From the NCBI GenBank assembly GCA_030295235.1, contig AP026172.1, positions 620,001 to 684,000 on the forward strand: a stretch of DNA of 64,000 nt, read 5' to 3'. How positions within the stretch are numbered: position 1 is the stretch's first letter; each line of letters opens with the position of its first letter. Of this stretch, positions 57,278 through 64,000 are shown piece after piece. The stretch comes from Fistulifera solaris. Lineage: Eukaryota. The position numbers and the translations under genes were made by a program. Under the pieces are notes generated by a model. That model ran no database searches and was not told the DNA's origin. It saw nothing but the letters and a program-made list of their open reading frames with translations.

Positions 57278-58905
57278 ATGCGTCTACCGGTCTTTGCTTT
57301 TGTGGCCTGCTGTCTTTTGATGATGGTAGACTGTTGTGTAGAAGCTTTATCACTTTTGCCTTCCCAAGTGATCGGCAAGCACATTTCAAGCTCACGAGAG
57401 CGAGAATACTCGACAAACCAGCTTTCTTTTTCTACCGATGGTCAAAGAATATCTCGTCTAATACCATCTCAAGTGATTCGCAGTTCTGCTCTTCAAATGA
57501 GCCTTGCTGCCGATGCCGAGGTAAAAGAAGCAACAAAATCACGTGCGCGTCGCACGTCTCGGAAACGACCCAAAAAGAAAGTAAAGAAAAAAGCCAGCAG
57601 AGAAAACCGTGCCATCTCGTGACCCTTTTCCATTAGAGGGAAACTATCCCGACATTCACTGGCGTTCAGTGCCTTTGGAGCATCTCCGTCTGCATCCGCG
57701 GGTGGTACCACTTCCATCGACCGTCAACAAACTGGAACACATCGAAGATGTCCGTAACTTTCGGCAAGAGTCTTGGCAATGGGATTTGTTGCACCGTGGA
57801 CGTTGTACTACTTCCCAGGCAGTTGCTGCTTTAGGGTTCCTGGAACCTTCCACGGGCGCTGCTCTGGGCGTACCGATGGCATGGCGACGTGGTGGCGGCG
57901 GAGCTTTGCACGGCTGCGAGAACCAGCACTCAGAACGCTGGATGAAATGAACGCTGTGTTGTGTGATGGCAAAGCGATGAAGGACTTTTCACATCCCAGT
58001 CCTTGGAGTGTCTCTACCAACAGTTCATTCGTCGCTGATTACAATTATCAGTATTCGGAACAAGAAAAGCAGACCAGAATAAAATTAGCTCGCAAATTAG
58101 GAAGTGACGAGACTGTTGCAAGAGGGATTCGGATGATGTGGGGCAACTCGCAGGAATCAACAGCACTTCTGACCGCGCTCAACTACTTTTCCAAGACGGA
58201 CCCAGGCTTGCAATTGAAAGAGATTGGGATGTGCGGAGCAGGTTTGGATGTGAATTTGACTTCAGCTCAGTCATCTTTATTGATCGGAGCAACCCCAGAC
58301 GGAATACTTTCTTACTCGGACGGTACAATAGAAGCACTGGAGGTCAAAAATCACTGCCCTTTCTTTTCGGTACGAATGCCGCGCAAGAAAGGTCGTAAGA
58401 TATCGAAACGATTCTTTCTCGGGGACCGTGCTTTCGATGCCTCGGGGAATTCGGATGGCGTATTCGCACACTATGTCTCGCAACTACAGTTGGAAATGTT
58501 ATGCTTGGGACCTATATGCCGGTCAGCGGTAATGGTCCGACAGACAGCGACGAAAGGTGCCCTGATACTTCGTATGAAACGCGATGACGAATGGATTGAG
58601 GAGATGCTTTACTGGCTTCATAAATTTCATTCCGAATACGTCGAGAAAGGCATTGTTCCTCCGACGAATTTTTTCTGGGAGAATAAAGACGCTGAAGAGG
58701 AGCAGACACGTTATCGGACTTTTGTGGTAAGACACGTATTGCCGGTTTATAGAGAACGCCGAATCCTGCGTCCGCTTACCCTGTTGTTTTTTTTTAGCAA
58801 AAGACACAAGAGCTCCGAGATAAGATGGTGGAAAAAGTTGCTATGGTGCCGAATGAGGAAATACAAAGAGCGGACTCATTTTCTCCGCTTTTCCTGGATG
58901 ATTGA
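57278..58905 (+). CDS. YqaJ / lambda-exonuclease-like PD-(D/E)XK nuclease with bipartite presequence
   Basis: RQES.QW...RGRCTTSQ, MMWGNSQESTAL, IGATPDG, LEVKNHCP, YVSQLQLEM. Intron 58727-58797 gives the C-terminus ...PLFLDD. Frameshifts near 57605 and 57900. Confidence 0.82.
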
Positions 58906-59235
58906 GTAGCTTGTCAATCACCGCATTTTTGGGAGCTTATAGATATGTATTTGTTGCTTGTAAACTAACTTGAGTTTAGTAAGTCCCTCAAACTTGACCG
59001 TACTCTTAAATTCACGAAATACTATGACTACAAACGTTTTTACGGAATTTGGAATTCTCCGAAGACGCAGGTCGCCACTCTCCAGCAAAACGTTCATTCC
59101 CATCGATTCATTGAAAATTTCGTCCCAATCACACCATTCTCGTTCGAAGAAAATCGAACGCTGAACAGCCATCATTTCATCGATATCGGTTATATGGTTT
59201 GTAACCTCTCACCTTTGCAAGCGAAAGTCCACTGA

Positions 59236-59999
59236 ATGTCGAAAATGAAAAAGATTCAAACTTTCATCTGCCCATCCTTGCTTTCCTGCGACCTGTCTCG
59301 AATTGCCGAAGATGCGAAACAAATGATTGATTTCGGAGCCGATTGGCTTCACATGGACATCATGGAGTGAGTAGTTCGTGATGACCTGTACTTATTTTAA
59401 GAACCATATCCATGTCTCGCTCATCTTGTGCTGTGTTTTATTTGTAGTGGTCACTTTGTGCCGAATTTGACGTTCGGTCCCCCAGTGATTGCTAGCCTTC
59501 GGAAAGCTTTGCCCAATTGTTACATTGATTGCCATCTCATGGTAACAGAACCAGCCAAGTGGATCGAACCATTAAAGAAAGCTGGAGCCACATCTTTCAC
59601 ATTTCATTTGGAGAGTGTTTTACCAGAGAACGACCCTCGTGTTATGATTCAGCGTGTCCGCGACGCCGGGATGAAGGTGGGGATTGTGATAAAACCAGGA
59701 ACTCCCGTAGAAGAGCTATTGCCCTATGGTGGAGATCTAGACATGGTGCTGATCATGACCGTGGAGCCTGGATTCAGTGGTCAGGAATTCATGCCAGACA
59801 TGATGCCGAAGATAAAAGCTCTGCGACAACAATTCCCCGATTTGACGATTCAAGTAGACGGCGGTGTTGGGCCAAAGACGATTGATGCAGCAGCTGAGGC
59901 GGGCGCGAATGCAGTCGTCGCAGCTAGCGCCATTTTGGGTCTGATGATCGAAAAGGGGTCATCGAATTGCTGAGAGCTGGAGTTGAGAAATACAATTAA
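59236..59999 (+). CDS. RPE: Ribulose-phosphate 3-epimerase, cytosolic type
   Basis: ICPSLLSCD, WLHMDIMD|GHFVPNLTFG across intron 59367-59447, DCHLMV, MTVEPGFSGQ, IQVDGG. Frameshift near 59933. Confidence 0.95.
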
Positions 60000-60748
60000 T
60001 GAAGCTAATATGTTACGGAAGAGTCGTACATTCTTTAGCATAGCGAACGCTCTGTTATCCCTTTTGAGCTTTAGGTGTTCCTAGTTTACAATTCTTGCTC
60101 ATAGACCACTCGCCCCTGACTTTCAATCCGTGATTTTTATAGGAAAGGGGTTTTCATGCAAGTCATGACTAAACAAGACTCACGTGTGTCTTTTGTCGTG
60201 ACGATGTTCTTCACGTCGAATAAAGCAGATCGTCAATGTCTTTTCGAAACTGGACGGCTACTCATAGAAACGTTTTACTCCAGTAAAAGTACTAAATATA
60301 TCTTGTTTTAATACTTCCCACTTCCCACTACCCACTATGAAACTTTTTAGAGCAACCGGTACCGTATTCCGACTTCTCAAAAATTTGTACATACAGTTTC
60401 CAGGACAGTATCACGAGGTACAGAACCTCTCCTTAACTCCACCAGCTCGCAGTTCGCGATTTGCATTAATTCTTCCTTCATCGCGTCGTCGCGTGTATTG
60501 TCGTCGTGAACTTGAGGGAACCCTTTTGACGTTGAGCATAACATTGATTATAACACTCAGTAGATTTAGTCGGAAGCAACAATAACTTCGTTCGGAGGGG
60601 AATCACATGAAAGCGATGAAAAAGCGTGCAATAGCAATAATTTGTTAGGAATTTTATAGAACGCACCTTTGTCGGTATCAAGGATCCAACTTCGGACGGA
60701 GAACTGGAAAGATCTTGAAAGCTGACTTTGTAACCTTTTGGAAACGGC

Positions 60749-62414
60749 ATGTTTGCAGTGATGGACGGTTCAAGTTTTAATGCAAGCAGCAGCACACTAT
60801 TTCATCGGAATGGGACGTCTGGAGAACGACATGCTCCTCCCCGAGTACGGTTCCCAGACGAAACAACGCCACAGTCATCGGGTGTAGTAGCTTTCGTTAC
60901 AAACCTGATCACATCTTTTGTGGCACTATTATGTATTTTTGGCTTAATGACGATCCTGGTAGTTCTTTTCGTTACCGTGCGGCCATTCTCACAGAATGTG
61001 TATCGGAGACTGGCAGCCCAGCTGGGAGCTGCTTCCTTTTTGGATGCAATAGCCTTATTGCTTCCCAACACAAAAATATATCTGACCGGCGATTCAGATA
61101 TTCCGAGTCCTGTCGGAACTTCCGTCATGATATCAAATCACGTTTACGAATCTGATTGGTGGTGGATGCTGATGCTGGGACGTTGTGTTGGTCTTCGGGG
61201 CTCTTTGAAAGTCTTTCTACGAAATGAGTATCTGAATCTGTCTATGAATAGCGGAGAACCACCCTCCACCGCGGTCCGACCGGCGGGTGCGTTGGTGGCA
61301 TCAAACTCATCGTCCCGCATTGTTACTTTTTCGAGGATAGAGACAAATGGCGAAACGGGGTCGCCTGGATCGAATGCAAGTGGCGCTTCGTCTCCCACAG
61401 ACGGACGAAACTTTGCGTCCTGCGACATATCGATCGCAGCAAAACTTTTACATTTGTTTCTAGAAATGCCTTTGGTGAACGAAGAAGATTATGTGTCGGA
61501 TAGAGAGCAGCTGTTTCAGCTTCTTCGTTCTTTTGCCGCGGGCGCCGGGGCGTCATCCCCGGTGCATCTTCTTTTATTTCCGGAAGGCTGGTCGTTGCAT
61601 CATGGCGCAGATCGGTTGTCGGTCCACGCAAAAAGTAACGAATTTGCAAAGCGGGAAAGACGGCCACAGCTTAAACATCTTTTGTTACCGAGAAATCGCG
61701 GCTTTAAAGCGACGCTTGAGTGTTTACGAGAATCGAGTCCAGTTGTTTATGATGTTACGATTGTAAGTTTCAATCATTTCGAGGTAAACGCTATGTCATC
61801 CGCGTCAACATTATTCGACCTCACACAATTTCCTTTGGAAGGCCTATCCGGGTTACGATGGATCATTGCCTCCGTCCCCAACGTTTTCACTGTTTTCTCT
61901 ATGGGAGGGTCTATTATGTAAGCTTCCACGAGAAGTCCATATACGGATCAAGCGTTATAGTTTAGAGGAAGTCTTACAAGACTCATCTTGGATGGACAAG
62001 AAGTGGGCAGAAAAGGACAGGCTTCTCTCTTATTTTTCGCGGCATCAGTCATTTCCCATGGATGCAAGAGGATACCGAAGACCACGGATTTTCGACACAC
62101 GACACCACTCCATAGAAAGCTCCCTTGTTTCGTTGGGTAGACTATTGCTACTCCCGTGTACCGTGCCCATTCTACTTTTGCTTTCCATACCTTTATTTTG
62201 GACGCTGCTGACAATATGGTTAATTCACAAGGGTGTCTTATGGATGTTTGGTGACGAGACTGTGGGTAGGGGAGATAGTCGCCCGGACGGTGCGTCTGAA
62301 GCAGCACAAACACCGGGCAGTGTATCGGCCGCAGGCACTCCCTACTGTCCCACCACACCGTTTGCCTCTCCCTCTGTAGCGACGTGGCGGGATATGTTGT
62401 CGGGACGTGGATAG
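60749..62414 (+). CDS. Lysophospholipid acyltransferase (PlsC/AGPAT, LCLAT1-like)
   Basis: SNHVYESDWW (NHxxxxD), LLFPEG, KHLLLPR, VYDVTI|AYPG across intron 61763-61841, W.EKDRLL. Confidence 0.88.
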
Positions 62415-62843
62415 GGCATTGCAAGGGAAATGCTTCGTAACAGTGTGTTATCAATAAATATCTAGACACGATTATTCAGACAACGCTAGTTAGCTAGCTG
62501 TAACTACCGGGACACACATTGACACATGAGAATTGAGAAGCGTCGTCCTTTCTCCAGAGATTCCTTCTAAAGATCTTTGAGACAAAGGAGATGTCGTATG
62601 TTGGGAGATGGAAAACGTCATCCAGTTTTCGTTACTGTCACAGAAAGAGTGAGTGATGATATACATTAGGGAGTACGACGTTTTTCAATTCGTTTTTTTG
62701 CCCACCACGAAAACGCGCCCGTTTTCCCAATAACAAAAACGTTTTCCTTCCATCAACTTGAACGTCATAGAAAGCACATTGACGTAACAATATACTCCAG
62801 AGTATTTTGCAACCTGACAGATAATTGAAAAGAAGATCACAGA

Positions 62844-63890
62844 ATGATTTTTCGATCCGCTTTACTCTTTCACTTCATGAGCTGCGCGACTGTGGTGACA
62901 GCACTTTCCGCTGAAGTGTCAAGAGCACATTTGCAACAAGCCTTTGCGTCGCCCTCGGGTAAGTTGACCTATTCACCGGAGCTCATCATTCCGGAACCCA
63001 ATGATCCGACGGCTATTTTGTTGCTTTCGAATGCCGTACAAAATTTGCCGTCGCGCATTCGTGCCTGCAAAGCGAATGCCGCCGTCTTGCAGGGCAGTGT
63101 ATCGGCTTTGCGTACCTTTGTCAATGAGCAAGAAGTGGCGCGTGGGAATTTTCCCGGTCCTGTTCCAGTCATCTATTCCGGATCGTTGGAACGTATGGAA
63201 GAGATTGCCCAAGCGGGTGCCGGAGGTATTTTGGTGTCGATCTGTGATGGACAAGAAATTTCATCTTTGTCAGATCTTGAATCAGAAGCGAAATGGAAGG
63301 AAATATGTCAATTAGCCATTCAATGTGGCATTCAACCAGTGCCTGAGATAACAATTGGCCATGTCACAGCTTCAAAATGGACGGAAGAGACTATGGAAGC
63401 TTTTGTCGACTGTTTCGCGAAAATCATCGGTGCGGATCCGGCAGCCCTCATCGTCACAATCAACTCAGAGAGCGACGACCAGGAAAGTCCCGTGGCGATT
63501 CCTCCCGTAAACAAAGCTCTTAACAGGAGAGTGCCGATTTTGGGTTCCGTTCGTGTTACGGCGGGTGAAGGCCGTTTGAATGAGGAATCACAGCGCTTCA
63601 AGGAAGCCGGCTTCTCGGGGACGTTGCTGCGCAGTGATTGTGTGCCCGGATTTCGCATGAACCCCAACTTAGAAATCGTCGCGGGATTTTGGGCGCATTG
63701 CATTGCGGATTTGAAAAGTACCAAAAGTAAATCCTTCTCGTTCCGTGCCAAAAATAACATGGAGAAGAATGCTCTGACCAACTGGGCCAATTATCAACAG
63801 AGTGTAATTGAGTCGGGTGCCTTAGGAGACCCGAATGATTCTTACTCAATTGTAAACGAAGCCGCTGGTGAATACAAAGGATTCGCTTAA
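62844..63890 (+). CDS. Plastid/secretory-targeted protein, possibly divergent TIM barrel (IGPS-like)
   Basis: Signal peptide ending VTAL. EQEVARGNFPGPVPVI, IAQAGAGGILV and CGIQPVPEI resemble IGPS barrel strands. Family call is tentative. Confidence 0.45.
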   Translation: MIFRSALLFHFMSCATVVTALSAEVSRAHLQQAFASPSGKLTYSPELIIPEPNDPTAILLLSNAVQNLPSRIRACKANAAVLQGSVSALRTFVNEQEVARGNFPGPVPVIYSGSLERMEEIAQAGAGGILVSICDGQEISSLSDLESEAKWKEICQLAIQCGIQPVPEITIGHVTASKWTEETMEAFVDCFAKIIGADPAALIVTINSESDDQESPVAIPPVNKALNRRVPILGSVRVTAGEGRLNEESQRFKEAGFSGTLLRSDCVPGFRMNPNLEIVAGFWAHCIADLKSTKSKSFSFRAKNNMEKNALTNWANYQQSVIESGALGDPNDSYSIVNEAAGEYKGFA

Positions 63891-64000
63891 ATTTTTATTA
63901 TCTTGCTATGAACCATTTAATGTTTACTCTATTCTATTAGTTCGTCGTAACACGACTCGTCCGACTGTTGTGTAAAGCAATGACTGTCCATTCTATCTTG

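Overview
Gene-dense eukaryotic nuclear DNA, almost certainly from a diatom. Evidence: an Lhcf fucoxanthin-chlorophyll protein, many bipartite ASAF-type plastid presequences, and short 66-84 nt GT-AG introns. About 37 protein-coding genes are recognisable, mostly housekeeping or plastid-targeted (organellar LysRS, Lhcf, CtpA, Cpn60, RPS23, ORC4, XPD, EED, RPA43, RPE, TyrA). Many clearly essential genes are split by single-base losses in homopolymers. This looks like long-read assembly error rather than pseudogenisation, so gene models below are joined across those breaks. The main unexplained structures are: (1) a 1.8 kb AT-rich island (5705-7511) bounded by ~155 bp imperfect inverted repeats, either a decayed TIR transposon or possibly a low-GC centromere-like block, lying next to a bacterial-type NMT1/THI5-like gene; (2) a ~1.1-1.2 kb tandem duplication carrying two Arg-rich orphan genes with highly conserved non-coding blocks; (3) an EED/ESC gene with a long N-terminal extension made of a twice-repeated unknown module, each copy with a SIM-like FVDLT motif; (4) a YqaJ/lambda-exonuclease-family gene with a plastid-type presequence; (5) an anchorless GT14-like glycosyltransferase with an RG-rich N-terminus; (6) a recurring palindromic TACTCC/GGAGTA intergenic motif. 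No tRNA, rRNA or CRISPR was seen. All family calls come from motif recognition, not database searches.
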